This document shows positions 19,935 to 29,996 of a stretch of 64,000 nucleotides of DNA, in pieces. The stretch is from Lachnospiraceae bacterium (lineage in GTDB: Bacteria > Bacillota > Clostridia > Lachnospirales > Lachnospiraceae). Location of the stretch: assembly GCA_016291655.1 (NCBI GenBank), contig JAEEYF010000089.1, forward strand, positions 40,197 through 104,196, given 5' to 3'. A model generated the notes under the pieces. That model saw nothing but the letters and a program-made list of their open reading frames with translations. It made no database searches and was not told the origin of the DNA. How positions within the stretch are numbered: the first letter of the stretch is position 1; each line of letters begins with the position of its first letter. The position numbers were made by a program, and so were the translations under genes.

Positions 19935-20843
19935 ATGGAAAACAGTGTAATAAAGGTAAAAGATCTTAAAAAAGAATATAAGAGTTTCAAGCTGGATATT
20001 CCCGAGCTTGAGATACCGAGAGGATTTGCCACCGCACTCATCGGTGAGAACGGAGCCGGAAAGACCACACTTTTGGATATTTTAACCGGCATCAGGCTTG
20101 ACTATACGGGCGAGCTGGAATATTTCGGAAAATATTCCTCCGAGGATATCGAGAAAAACCCGGAAGTCAAGGAAATGATAGGCTATACGGGCACGGAAAA
20201 CTACTATATTCTGAGCTGGACCGTGGGCATGGTTAATGAGCTGTCGAAGCTCTTGTTTAAAAAGTATGACGAGGAGAAGTTTAAGAAGTATCGTGATGAG
20301 TTTGCGATCCTTGGCAAAAACAATCCGGGCTCCTCTTGCTCCGACAAAAAGAGAATCAGCGAGCTTTCGGACGGAACCAAGACAAAGCTGATGCTGGCGG
20401 GAGTTCTTGCAAGAGAGACGGAGATGCTCATCCTGGACGAGCCGGCATCTCCTTTGGACCCGCTGATGCGCGACAGGCTGTGTGAGGTGATCCGTGATTA
20501 TCTGAATTCAGGTGAAGGAAGGAGCGTATTCTTTTCAACCCACAACATCGCAGATATGGAGGGCGTAACGGATTATGCCGTCATCATGGAGAACGGGCGC
20601 ATTGCCGAGAAGGGGTTTGTAGAGGATCTCAAGGAAAAATATATTGCTGTAAAGGGCGAACCCAAGGACATTGAGGCTGCGAAAAAGGTGCTCTACAGCA
20701 TCACTACGTCAAAATACGGATTTGAAGGCATATGCCTGGCGGAGGACCTTGACAAGCTTGCGGGAATGGACATTGTGACGGAGACGGCCAACCTTACGAA
20801 GATCGCTGTGGCGATCATGAAAAAGAATGCATCGATCGCATAA
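19935..20843 (+). CDS. ABC transporter ATP-binding protein (YtrB-like)
   Basis: Walker A GENGAGKTT, signature LSDGTKTKL, Walker B LILDEP. Confidence 0.9.
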   Translation: MENSVIKVKDLKKEYKSFKLDIPELEIPRGFATALIGENGAGKTTLLDILTGIRLDYTGELEYFGKYSSEDIEKNPEVKEMIGYTGTENYYILSWTVGMVNELSKLLFKKYDEEKFKKYRDEFAILGKNNPGSSCSDKKRISELSDGTKTKLMLAGVLARETEMLILDEPASPLDPLMRDRLCEVIRDYLNSGEGRSVFFSTHNIADMEGVTDYAVIMENGRIAEKGFVEDLKEKYIAVKGEPKDIEAAKKVLYSITTSKYGFEGICLAEDLDKLAGMDIVTETANLTKIAVAIMKKNASIA

Positions 20844-21535
20844 TGAAAGGAGCTGTTGACATGAACAAATTAGAATGGGCATGTTATGCATGCTTTACGC
20901 CACGTTACTACAGGGGGATATCGATATTTTTTGCGGTATTGTGTTCGGCCGCAGGGGTGCTGGCATCGGTCGGTTTCGGTGTTTGGGGAGCCATGATAAT
21001 GCCCTACTTGCTTTTCCTGGTCATGGGAATGACGGATTTCCTTGTGTTTGCGGGAAGTACTGAGAGAAATTCGGGGGATATGAATTTTATCAGGTCCTCG
21101 GGTTACGGCATGAGCTATATGAGAAATGTGTACAAGACAGACATAATATTTAAGACCGTCTTAAATGTCTTCGGAACGCTCGGAAGCATCGTATATTGTT
21201 TCATATTGGGACCGGTACAGGGCTTATATGCTTTGATGTGCTGTGAACTCCTGTTGGTGATCCTGATGCTTACGTTGGTGACAACAAGGCGAAAAGTAAT
21301 GACTTTGAACGCACAAACCCCCTATTTTTATGCAGGGTCTATAGCATTGCTTCTCTGTGACGGCGCTATGGTGTTTCTGATCCTGAAATTCGGAAATGAC
21401 AGGTTTTCATGGGTTTTGCCGTTGATCCTGGACATAGTTTTCGGGGAACTTACGGTTTGGGCTTGCTTAAGACTGTACAGAGAAAGCAATCGCGGTTTTG
21501 AAAGCGGCTACAGGCCGAATGAAAATGTGGTATAA
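20843..21535 (+). CDS. Polytopic membrane protein, putative ABC permease partner
   Basis: About six predicted TM helices. ATGA overlap with the ATPase gene. Confidence 0.6.
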   Translation: MKGAVDMNKLEWACYACFTPRYYRGISIFFAVLCSAAGVLASVGFGVWGAMIMPYLLFLVMGMTDFLVFAGSTERNSGDMNFIRSSGYGMSYMRNVYKTDIIFKTVLNVFGTLGSIVYCFILGPVQGLYALMCCELLLVILMLTLVTTRRKVMTLNAQTPYFYAGSIALLLCDGAMVFLILKFGNDRFSWVLPLILDIVFGELTVWACLRLYRESNRGFESGYRPNENVV

Positions 21536-21570
21536 GTTGCCGTATACGGCAGTATGTCAGAGGTGATGTT

Positions 21571-22359
21571 ATGAAATTTAAGGATATATTTAAAATGTTG
21601 AAATTCGGTGGCCAGTGGAAGCAGATGCTGGTAATGACGATATTGTTCCCTATTATGGGATATATATTTGAAGTAGCTCTGATCGTCGATCTGTTCAGGT
21701 TTTCTGCGGATCCCGCCGCTTTCAACAGTGTAGCGGGTAACTGGGTGTTCAAAAGATGGGGTTACGAGCCGGGGTTTTACTTCGGGATATCATTTGTCTA
21801 CCTATATACGGTAATGAAAACCCTTTGCGCGTCCAAAGCTGTGGGGGCATCTCCGTTAAAAAATGTTATCAGTACAAAGGCTCCCACGAAGATCAGTATG
21901 CTGGTGGCTGTTATCGTTAATACCGGTTTTGTGGCAATACAGATTGCTGTGACTCTGGTGTTCAGAGCAAAATATCCGGATCCGACGCCGTTGCAGTCAG
22001 AGCTTCTTGAAATGTTTTATGTATGGATGCTCATGGCGGTGATAAATTATCTGTTTGTTTATGTGTATCTGGGATTTGCGGTGACACGCTATTATATTCC
22101 GGCAATGATCTGTATTTTTGCCGTGGAGGCAGGATGGCTGGTGTTTGCGGGACAAACGGGAATGCAGCCTGTAAGGGATTATGTATACGGCGGACTGCTG
22201 AATGCCTTCGGAAGCGTGGGAGCTCATGTGGCAGTCTGTGTCGGCAGCTATCTGATCCTCTTCCTTTCAGGTTTGATCAACTATCTGATCAATAAGGCAA
22301 TGTACAGAAAACCTATGCTCGGATTCATGTCAAGACTGTATATCAAGGGTAATGTTTAA
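21571..22359 (+). CDS. Polytopic membrane protein, second putative permease of the ytrABCD-like operon
   Basis: About six or seven TM helices. Same operon. Confidence 0.55.
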   Translation: MKFKDIFKMLKFGGQWKQMLVMTILFPIMGYIFEVALIVDLFRFSADPAAFNSVAGNWVFKRWGYEPGFYFGISFVYLYTVMKTLCASKAVGASPLKNVISTKAPTKISMLVAVIVNTGFVAIQIAVTLVFRAKYPDPTPLQSELLEMFYVWMLMAVINYLFVYVYLGFAVTRYYIPAMICIFAVEAGWLVFAGQTGMQPVRDYVYGGLLNAFGSVGAHVAVCVGSYLILFLSGLINYLINKAMYRKPMLGFMSRLYIKGNV

Positions 22360-22496
22360 TTCTCACCAAACATTAATCCGATTTTAATCTTTCCGATATT
22401 TTAGATTAATTTTGATGCTTTATTATAGGATCATCGGTTGAGAGAAAACCGAAAATCAATTATAATAGTGATCGAAAATGATCGGAAAGGGAAATC

Positions 22497-23057
22497 ATGG
22501 ATAATTTAGAAAAAGTTGAAAAGATCAGGGAAAAAACAGGAGTTACATACGAGGCCGCAAAGGAAGCGCTGGAAGCATCGGAATATGATATTCTCGACGC
22601 CATAGTATATCTTGAGAAGAACGGCAAGGTTAAAGGTCCCGAGGTTCAGGTTGTTACCGTTGAAGAGGCTGAGGACAAGAAGGAAGGCCGTGAAAAGTTC
22701 AAGAAGACGCAGGATGAGTACGAGAAGAACTGCAAAAAGAAGAAAAAGAATTACATCAATGAGTTCTTCAAGTACATCGGCATTCTGTTAAAGAAGAGCG
22801 TTGACACAAGCTTTATTGTTGAAAGAAAGCATGAAAACCTTATCACAATGCCCGTGCTTGTTCTGATCATTTTACTGATCTTCATGTTCTGGCTTATCTG
22901 CCCGCTCATTATCGTTGGTCTGTTCTGCGATTGCAGATACAGATTTGAGAGTGAAAAGAACACAAAGTTTGATATCAACGAATTTTGCGACAAGTGCGCA
23001 GACGGTGCGGAAAACATAAAGAAGGATTTCTGCAACTGCGATGATGACAATCAATAA
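22497..23057 (+). CDS. Hypothetical membrane protein with an N-terminal UBA/EF-Ts-N-like domain and a Cys-rich C-terminus
   Basis: VTYEAAKEALEASEYDILDAIVYLEKNG (UBA-like), a basic K-rich segment, one TM, and a CDC...CDKC...CNCDDD tail. Confidence 0.55.
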   Translation: MDNLEKVEKIREKTGVTYEAAKEALEASEYDILDAIVYLEKNGKVKGPEVQVVTVEEAEDKKEGREKFKKTQDEYEKNCKKKKKNYINEFFKYIGILLKKSVDTSFIVERKHENLITMPVLVLIILLIFMFWLICPLIIVGLFCDCRYRFESEKNTKFDINEFCDKCADGAENIKKDFCNCDDDNQ

Positions 23058-23080
23058 GCTGAATTTTGTAGGGTGAGAAA

Positions 23081-23758
23081 ATGGAAAATCGGATCCTGAT
23101 CGTTGAGGATGAAGTAAAAATTGCGCGCTTCGTGGAGCTAGAATTACTCCATGAGGGCTATACGGCAGAGAAAACAGGTGACGGCAGGGAGGGACTTGAA
23201 ATGGCCCTCTCGGGCCGTTTTGACCTTTTAATCCTGGATATTATGCTGCCGGGACTTAACGGCGTCGAGGTTTTGAGACGTCTGAGAAAAGAAAGCGAAA
23301 TGCCGGTGATCATGCTGACGGCACGTGACGCTGTTATGGACAAGGTTTCGGGACTTGATGCGGGGGCGGACGATTATATCACAAAACCCTTTGCCATTGA
23401 GGAATTGCTGGCGAGGATCCGTGTGGCACTAAAACGTAGATCGGGAAACACCGGGGAAAAACACATTATTGAAGTGGGCCCCGTAAGGCTTGACAGCGAC
23501 AGATATGAGGTGACGGTAAACGGGGAGATCGTAGATCTCAGCAACCGTGAATTTGAGCTGCTTAAGCTTCTGATGACCAACCGTAACATTGTCATGAACA
23601 GAGAGACCATGATCAATGAGGTATGCGGCTATGATTATGTGGGGGAGACAAATATCATAGATGTTTATGTCCGCTATCTCCGGACCAAGATCGATGACAA
23701 GTACGGGATAAAGTTTATTCAAACAGTCCGAGGTGTCGGATATATCGTAAAGGATTAA
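23081..23758 (+). CDS. Two-component response regulator, OmpR/PhoB family
   Basis: Receiver domain (DEVK...LILDIMLPGLNG...ITKPF) plus a winged-helix trans_reg_C domain (VRGVGYIV). Confidence 0.92.
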   Translation: MENRILIVEDEVKIARFVELELLHEGYTAEKTGDGREGLEMALSGRFDLLILDIMLPGLNGVEVLRRLRKESEMPVIMLTARDAVMDKVSGLDAGADDYITKPFAIEELLARIRVALKRRSGNTGEKHIIEVGPVRLDSDRYEVTVNGEIVDLSNREFELLKLLMTNRNIVMNRETMINEVCGYDYVGETNIIDVYVRYLRTKIDDKYGIKFIQTVRGVGYIVKD

Positions 23759-23762
23759 GGCT

Positions 23763-25034
23763 ATGACTGAGATTAAGAAAATGTCGTCCATAGCCAGAAA
23801 AATAAATTTCCGATATTGGTGCAAGAGGTTCTCTGCCTTTTTTGGCTTGGATATAGTGATAACGCTCGTTATAGTGTTCAGCTATATGTACTATAACGAT
23901 CAACTGATACTGAAGTTTTGGGAGATACCGGATGAACACTGGACGAATATGATCGCCTGGGCTGACAAGTATCTGAGAGTTCCGGGCATAGTGGTCATTG
24001 GTTATGAGCAGCTCTCACTGTTTTCCGCGCTCTTTGACAGCAGTGAGGTGAGAAGAGATCTGAAACCCTTGAATGACCTTGCGATCAAGGCAGACAAGCT
24101 GAGCCGCATAGATCTTAACAACCTTAACGATCCGCTCACGGGTACTATGCCCCGAAAGCCGGCAGCCGACCAAAAGGCTGTTAAGCAGGAAGCGGAAAAG
24201 CTGAGCCGTGACGAACAGAAACGTGAGAAAAAGAGGCTTGAAAGCCTTGGTCACGCCATTGAGAGCATCTCTCCGGACGAACTGGAAAAAGGCGTGCACA
24301 CGGGAGATTCCGATCTGCAGGGCATAGAAGTGGCGCTCAACAACCTTCTGCTCAGAATGAGAGACAATCAGAGACAGCAGGCACGCTTTGTATCGGATGC
24401 TTCTCACGAACTGAGAACACCCATAGCGGTCATTCAGGGCTATGTAAATATGCTTGACAGATGGGGGAAGACGGATGAATCCGTGCTTAACGAATCCATC
24501 GAAGCCTTAAAGAATGAGTCCGAGCATATGAAGACTCTTGTGGAACAGCTCCTGTTCCTTGCAAGAGGCGACAGCGGGCGAAATACGCTAAACAAGACGG
24601 AAATAGATCTGAATGAGATCGTCAAAGATGTATGGGAAGAATCGAGTATGATCGACGACAAGCATGTCTATGTCTTTGATGAAAAACCCGGAGCAATGAT
24701 GAACGGTGATGTGGCTATGGTAAAGCAGTCGCTTAGGATCTTTATACAAAACGCGGCAAAGTACTCAAACGAGGGAGACACCATCAAGCTCAGGGTGCAG
24801 ATGAGTGACGGACATCCCGCCTATGTGGTACAGGATGAAGGCATAGGAATGCAGGAGTCCGATGTTGCTCACATCTTTGAACGCTTCTACCGTTCCGATG
24901 ATGCAAGAAATTCGCAGACCGGAGGCAGCGGACTCGGACTTTCCATTGCAAAATGGATAATCGATGCTCATGAAGGGCGCATAGAAGTCCTGTCCAGACC
25001 GGAATTCGGAACAAGATTTACGGTAACATTTTGA
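23763..25034 (+). CDS. Sensor histidine kinase (HisKA/HATPase_c), cognate to the OmpR-type regulator
   Basis: N-terminal TM(s), H-box SHELRTP, G-boxes GGSGLGLSIAK. Confidence 0.9.
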   Translation: MTEIKKMSSIARKINFRYWCKRFSAFFGLDIVITLVIVFSYMYYNDQLILKFWEIPDEHWTNMIAWADKYLRVPGIVVIGYEQLSLFSALFDSSEVRRDLKPLNDLAIKADKLSRIDLNNLNDPLTGTMPRKPAADQKAVKQEAEKLSRDEQKREKKRLESLGHAIESISPDELEKGVHTGDSDLQGIEVALNNLLLRMRDNQRQQARFVSDASHELRTPIAVIQGYVNMLDRWGKTDESVLNESIEALKNESEHMKTLVEQLLFLARGDSGRNTLNKTEIDLNEIVKDVWEESSMIDDKHVYVFDEKPGAMMNGDVAMVKQSLRIFIQNAAKYSNEGDTIKLRVQMSDGHPAYVVQDEGIGMQESDVAHIFERFYRSDDARNSQTGGSGLGLSIAKWIIDAHEGRIEVLSRPEFGTRFTVTF

Positions 25035-25042
25035 CAAAAGAA

Positions 25043-25092
25043 AACCGTACCCGCATACAGATAAATGTCTGCAAAGGGTACGGTATTTTTTT
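25043..25092. terminator. Bidirectional intrinsic terminator between the convergent HK and TPM genes
   Basis: aaccgtaccc...gggtacggt followed by a T-run. Confidence 0.7.
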
Positions 25093-25110
25093 GCTTTTAA
25101 AGGAGTTCGA

Positions 25111-26028
25111 TCAAATATGTCTTCCGCCGCCACCGTGGGATCTTCCGGAAGAGCTGTGGTGCGTGGTGCTGTGATGTGAACCGCCGCTGCTTGTGGTTTC
25201 CTGCGGGATCGGAACTGCCGAAACTCTTTTGTAAAGGAAGTTGTCCGATTGCCGGTTCAATTTAAAGGAACCCAACTTAATGTATCCCGTGGCATTGGTT
25301 GCGGGAGCAACACTCAGGAGCTGGCTCTTCAGGACACTTGTCACGCTGAAACCAACAATGAGTCCCACACCGATGGCTACGGCCAGCCATATGGGATTGT
25401 AGGAAGTGTTTACAGGCCTTCTGTAAGGATCGTAGGGCACGTAAATGTCCGGATAGTATTCATAGGGGTCATCATACTCGAAATCGTCATCCGTAACGGC
25501 GCGGTTCAAAGCGTCCTCGTAGGCTTCCACAGCAGTCTTAACATTGTCTCCGAAGTTGTAGAAAGCCCTGAAGTAGTTACCGTCTATAATGTCATCCGCT
25601 ATAAGGTCTATCTGACGTTGGATGGCATAGTCGGTGAAAACGGAGATCGCTTTACCGCAGGTGGAGATCCAGACATCATAATCTCTGCCATCCTCACTGA
25701 TGTATCTCAAAAAGCATATTCCGCTGAATTGTTCATCCGGACCGTAGCCGCTGTAATCATAGAAGTCATCGCAGTAGGCTTCGGGAGTCTTTCCCTCCAG
25801 ATCGTGAGTGGTAACCACCACGATGTCCAGATTCAGCTCGCTGCTCAGAGCCTTCAGATGTTCATCCAGTTCGGCGCATTCACTTTCCGTAAGAAGATCG
25901 GCGTCGTCGGTCACATAGTGATCGGGGTGAGGAGCAAGGGGCTCGGTTGAGCCTGCATATGCCTTCAAGGGAACTGCAAGTGCAACGGTAAGGAAGGTCA
26001 ATAAAAGTAAATTAAACAGTTTTTTCAT
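25111..26028 (-). CDS. TPM-domain protein (YgcG/YdjH-like) with TM segment and Gly/Ser/His-rich tail
   Basis: Signal peptide, TPM/MOLO-1 phosphatase-like domain (YVTDDADLLTESECAELDEHLKALSSELNLDIVVVTT), a TM helix, and a C-terminal SSGGSHHSTTHHSSSGRSHGGGG tail. Confidence 0.8.
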   Translation of the reverse strand: MKKLFNLLLLTFLTVALAVPLKAYAGSTEPLAPHPDHYVTDDADLLTESECAELDEHLKALSSELNLDIVVVTTHDLEGKTPEAYCDDFYDYSGYGPDEQFSGICFLRYISEDGRDYDVWISTCGKAISVFTDYAIQRQIDLIADDIIDGNYFRAFYNFGDNVKTAVEAYEDALNRAVTDDDFEYDDPYEYYPDIYVPYDPYRRPVNTSYNPIWLAVAIGVGLIVGFSVTSVLKSQLLSVAPATNATGYIKLGSFKLNRQSDNFLYKRVSAVPIPQETTSSGGSHHSTTHHSSSGRSHGGGGRHI

Positions 26029-26040
26029 CTTTTCCCCTCC

Positions 26041-27135
26041 TTAATGGATCCTGATCAGGTGCAGTATGAAGGACAGTATGGAGATCACTGCCGCAGTGAT
26101 GCCTGCATAAGACCAGAAATACTTGTTTTTAAGACTTTTGTCCATGGGCAGATTTCCGACGAACTTGCCTGTCTGTCCGTTCATGGCAAAGGTGAAATTG
26201 GTGTCGTTCCATTTGGTATTCAGTATCCAGACGGGAAGGAGAGCATATTTCGCCGAGGTGTTTGTAAGACTGACGGCGGAACTCTCCGTCTTAAGCGAGG
26301 AATAGCCTCTCACCGTGTCCTTCAGCATTGAGACCGAACTTGTCTTTATTCTTGAATTTGAGCGTTCTGCCGATTCTTCCGACGTAACGTCGTATTTGTC
26401 CGCAAGATAGCCTGCCATATAGGCGGTCTGAAAAGGAACCGCGGCCCTGTAGTCATAGGGCTCAAGTGAGTCCATAAGGGCGTTGTCCATCTTGGTGGAG
26501 GCATCGACGGGAACATTTTCAAAACGGAGATTTCCCTCTCTTGTAATGGAGTAAGTGGATTTCTCGGTATAGATGAACCTGCTGTCCCGCCAGGAACGGA
26601 TCTTTTCTCCGGAGTAGCGGGCATTCGCTTCCGCATCCGCCGAGAAGAGCCAGAAGGGGACATAGACACCCAGGATCTCTTCAATATGATTTTCATCCTT
26701 AAAGACCTTGGGAAGCAGCTTTTTACCCATGAGATGCTGTGCCATGGCCTTTTTGGCGTCGTCCTTGTCCAGCTTAAAGGGAATCACCAGATCGGGCTTC
26801 AGTCCGCCCGCAAAGTTTCCCATTACCACCACGTTGTTTCCGCAATAGGGACATGAGGTGGCAGCCATATTTTCATCGCCTATGATCTCTCCAGCGCAGG
26901 AGGCGCAGGTGAAGACCCTCATGTTTTCCAATTCGGAGTTGCTCCATTCGGTGCTTTCTCCGAGATTCCATTCTATTTCGTCGGCTCTGTCATCCGCCAG
27001 ATCTTTGTCTAATTGTTCCAGTGCGGACATTTCGAATTCCGTATCGCAATAGGGACATTTCATTTTTTGAATGTCCGAGTTGAACTCTATTGCACCGCCG
27101 CAGCATGGACACTTGTATTCCTGTAATCCGTTCAT
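26041..27135 (-). CDS. Zinc-ribbon membrane protein (YdjG-like); in an operon with the TPM protein
   Basis: Three CxxC-type pairs (CPCCGG, CPYCDT, CASCAG...CPYCGN), a large soluble domain, and a C-terminal TM helix (YAGITAAVISILSFILHLI). Confidence 0.7.
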   Translation of the reverse strand: MNGLQEYKCPCCGGAIEFNSDIQKMKCPYCDTEFEMSALEQLDKDLADDRADEIEWNLGESTEWSNSELENMRVFTCASCAGEIIGDENMAATSCPYCGNNVVVMGNFAGGLKPDLVIPFKLDKDDAKKAMAQHLMGKKLLPKVFKDENHIEEILGVYVPFWLFSADAEANARYSGEKIRSWRDSRFIYTEKSTYSITREGNLRFENVPVDASTKMDNALMDSLEPYDYRAAVPFQTAYMAGYLADKYDVTSEESAERSNSRIKTSSVSMLKDTVRGYSSLKTESSAVSLTNTSAKYALLPVWILNTKWNDTNFTFAMNGQTGKFVGNLPMDKSLKNKYFWSYAGITAAVISILSFILHLIRIH

Positions 27136-27345
27136 ACTAAGATAGCCCTCCCTTTTGAGTTATAATTGTACAGTAAATGTCGCAAATGTGCAATCTGTCA
27201 TTTCCGACAGTGAAAAATATCCTGTCATGTGAGATAATCCATATGGGGAACTTCTTGCCCTACGCCCCGCTTTAGGGTATATTAAATATGAATTCTTTTA
27301 AGCAAAGTATGGTCGGGACTGCAAGTCCCGCTTCGGAGAAGGAAC

Positions 27346-28998
27346 ATGCGTGAAAAGATCGGGAAAACACAGGTTAATACCGCGATATTTGTTGTAATGA
27401 TAGCGTTTGCCGCAACTCTCAGGCACGTTCCGGTAAACGGAGAGTTTATGAGGCTGCTGGTTGCCATGCTTCGTCCGATTGTTTATATCATTCTTTTCGG
27501 ACTTTGGGGCATATCCATCGGAAAGCGTATCGTTCATGAGAGTATCAGAAAGATACTGATGTCCATAGCGGCACTCATGATATTCTGGATCTGTGTAAGG
27601 ACGCTTAAGTACAACAGCGAGAACTACGCCGTCATAAGATATTCCTGGTATTGCTACTACATCTCACAGCTTTTTATCCCCACTCTGTTTTTCATCGTGG
27701 CTTTTCTTTTGGGAAAGAAGGAGAGTAACGTGCATTCGGGCAAAAGAGTCATATATCCCGTGTTTGCAATAAGCCTTGCTCTTGTGCTTCTCGTACTTAC
27801 CAACGATCTTCATATGCTTGTTTTTGTATTTGACGGTAAGCCTTACACCGAAAAGAACTATACCCACAACATCGTGTTTTACCTGGTGTGGGGGTGGATG
27901 GTCCTCCTTGCCCTTTATTCTGTTGTTTCCATAGTCAGAAAGTGCAGGATCTATAAAAAGAAAAAATTTGCGGTTCTGCCGCTGGTAGCCATATCCCTTG
28001 CATTCTTATATGCAGTGCTGTCCATGCTCGGAAATCCCGTGATCAAATTTGTTGCGGGCGACATGACGGTAAGCTTTTGCGTTATATATATGTTTATAAT
28101 CGAGAGCTGCCTAAGAAGCGGCCTTATTACGATAAACACCGGCTATGAGGAGTTGTTCAAGCGGTCAAGCATACGTGCCCAGATCCTGGACGAGTCCTAC
28201 AACACCTTCCTTTCTTCCAAGGATGCGGTTACCTATCCCTTTGAAACTCTCAAAGAGACGGAGTGGGGGCCTGTTCTGCTTGAGGACGGGATCCGGCTTT
28301 CCAACTTCAAGATCAACTCCGGCCATGTTTTGTGGCAGGAGGATACGAGCGGTCTTGTCAAGGTAATGAGAGAACTGGATGAGGTAAAAAAGGAACTGGA
28401 GGGACGTAATGCGGTGCTTGCGGAGGCGTATAATACCGAGAGGAACATTCACCGTCTGGAGGAGCAGAACCGCCTTTACGACTCCATAAGAATGAAGACC
28501 AGCAAGCAGATCGATATGCTCTCACAGCTCCTCGGGGATTATCGTGAGGCAGAGACCCACGAAGAAAGGGCAAAGATACTTAAGCATATAATCGTTGTCG
28601 GAGTTTACATCAAACGACGCAACAATCTGATCTTTATCAACGAACAGAGCAATGTTATCCCGGTCCGTGAACTGGAACTTTGCTTTGAAGAAACCGTGAG
28701 CAATCTGGAATTGGCGGACATCAGAAGCAGCTGCTTCATAAATGTGGGAGACGAGATCGACCTGGAAACGGCGACCGCCATGTACGATCTTTACGAAAAG
28801 GTGTGTGAAGCCGTCTTCGGACGGATAGATTCCATGCTGATCCGGATATACAGGAAAGAGAACGAATATTATATGAGCATAGATGTGAGCTCGCTCGGGA
28901 AATTGGAGATCGACATCCCGGAGGTCAAGGTTTCCGAGGAGGACGGAGTCTATTGCATCTCCGGGAGTTTTGCGGCTCCGAAGGAGGTGGCGGAATGA
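27346..28998 (+). CDS. Polytopic membrane sensor-like protein (about eight TMs, a coiled coil, a C-terminal domain with no obvious catalytic motifs), translationally coupled to a soluble histidine kinase
   Basis: 550 aa. The TM-rich N-terminal half is followed by LDEVKKELEGRNAVLAEAY...EEQNRLYD coiled coil. Its stop overlaps the HK start (ATGA). Confidence 0.65.
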   Translation: MREKIGKTQVNTAIFVVMIAFAATLRHVPVNGEFMRLLVAMLRPIVYIILFGLWGISIGKRIVHESIRKILMSIAALMIFWICVRTLKYNSENYAVIRYSWYCYYISQLFIPTLFFIVAFLLGKKESNVHSGKRVIYPVFAISLALVLLVLTNDLHMLVFVFDGKPYTEKNYTHNIVFYLVWGWMVLLALYSVVSIVRKCRIYKKKKFAVLPLVAISLAFLYAVLSMLGNPVIKFVAGDMTVSFCVIYMFIIESCLRSGLITINTGYEELFKRSSIRAQILDESYNTFLSSKDAVTYPFETLKETEWGPVLLEDGIRLSNFKINSGHVLWQEDTSGLVKVMRELDEVKKELEGRNAVLAEAYNTERNIHRLEEQNRLYDSIRMKTSKQIDMLSQLLGDYREAETHEERAKILKHIIVVGVYIKRRNNLIFINEQSNVIPVRELELCFEETVSNLELADIRSSCFINVGDEIDLETATAMYDLYEKVCEAVFGRIDSMLIRIYRKENEYYMSIDVSSLGKLEIDIPEVKVSEEDGVYCISGSFAAPKEVAE

Positions 28999-29981
28999 AG
29001 CTTTTTAAAAGGAGAAAAGGGCTGAGCACCGATTCGATAAAGGAAGCCTTTGATAATCTTCCCACAGGCATATGCTTTTTCGACTCAAACGGCTTTGTAA
29101 AACTTTGCAATAAGACCATGCACAAGCTGTCCCATGATCTGAGCGGGCATGATGTGCAGTATCTCCGCGAGTTTGAGGATACACTGAAGAACCCCGGAAG
29201 CAAGTGTACGAGGCCTATGGACGGGAAGTACTACTTCATGGCGGACGGAACGGTCTGGATGTTCGGCAAGAACAGCATTGTGGGAGCACAGGGTGCAAAA
29301 TACACGGAATTTGTGGCATCCGAGGTCTCCGAACTGTATCAGAGGCTGGATGAACTGAATACAGATAATAAAAAAATGCTGGAGATCTCGGGAGAGATCA
29401 AGAAAATGTCGGCAAATGTTCTGACCATAACAAGAGAAGAAGAAACACTTTCCATGAAAATGAGGGTACATGACGAGATGGGAAGGAGTCTTACGGCAGC
29501 GAGAAAGCTGCTTCAGCAGGGCGTGCTCCTGGAAAAGGACAATCCCGTGACCGAGACATGGCAGAGAGCGACCGAGATACTTAAACGAAGCAATGATGAG
29601 CCGGAGAAGAAGGATATGCTCGATGAACTCAGAGAAGCCTGCAAGGGAATGCTGAACATACACCTGAAGGGTACTTTGCCCGAGAAGGAAGAGACTGCCT
29701 ATCTTTTAGTCGTGGCCATAAGAGAATGCATTACAAATGCCATAAGATACGGCAATGCCACCGAGCTTTATGTGAATGTTGAAAAGCAGGAAGGCAAAGT
29801 GATCGCAAAGATCACAAATAACGGAGAGCCGCCCAAGGGATGGATAGTCGAAGGCGGCGGCTTGTCATCACTCAGAAGAAAGATAGAAAGAGCGGGTGGT
29901 CTGATGGAGATCAGATCACTTCCGACCTTTGAATTAACCGTGATCCTGCCCTGCGATGAGCTGATGGGCAGGCTGATCTGA
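28995..29981 (+). CDS. Cytoplasmic histidine kinase, HisKA_3 (NarL-partner type)
   Basis: H-box RVHDEMGRSLTAARKLL. N/G boxes ECITNAIRYGNA...GGGLSSLRRKIERAGGLMEI. No TM segments. A PAS-like N-terminus. Confidence 0.85.
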   Translation: MKLFKRRKGLSTDSIKEAFDNLPTGICFFDSNGFVKLCNKTMHKLSHDLSGHDVQYLREFEDTLKNPGSKCTRPMDGKYYFMADGTVWMFGKNSIVGAQGAKYTEFVASEVSELYQRLDELNTDNKKMLEISGEIKKMSANVLTITREEETLSMKMRVHDEMGRSLTAARKLLQQGVLLEKDNPVTETWQRATEILKRSNDEPEKKDMLDELREACKGMLNIHLKGTLPEKEETAYLLVVAIRECITNAIRYGNATELYVNVEKQEGKVIAKITNNGEPPKGWIVEGGGLSSLRRKIERAGGLMEIRSLPTFELTVILPCDELMGRLI

Positions 29982-29996
29982 CCGGGAGGGAACGGT

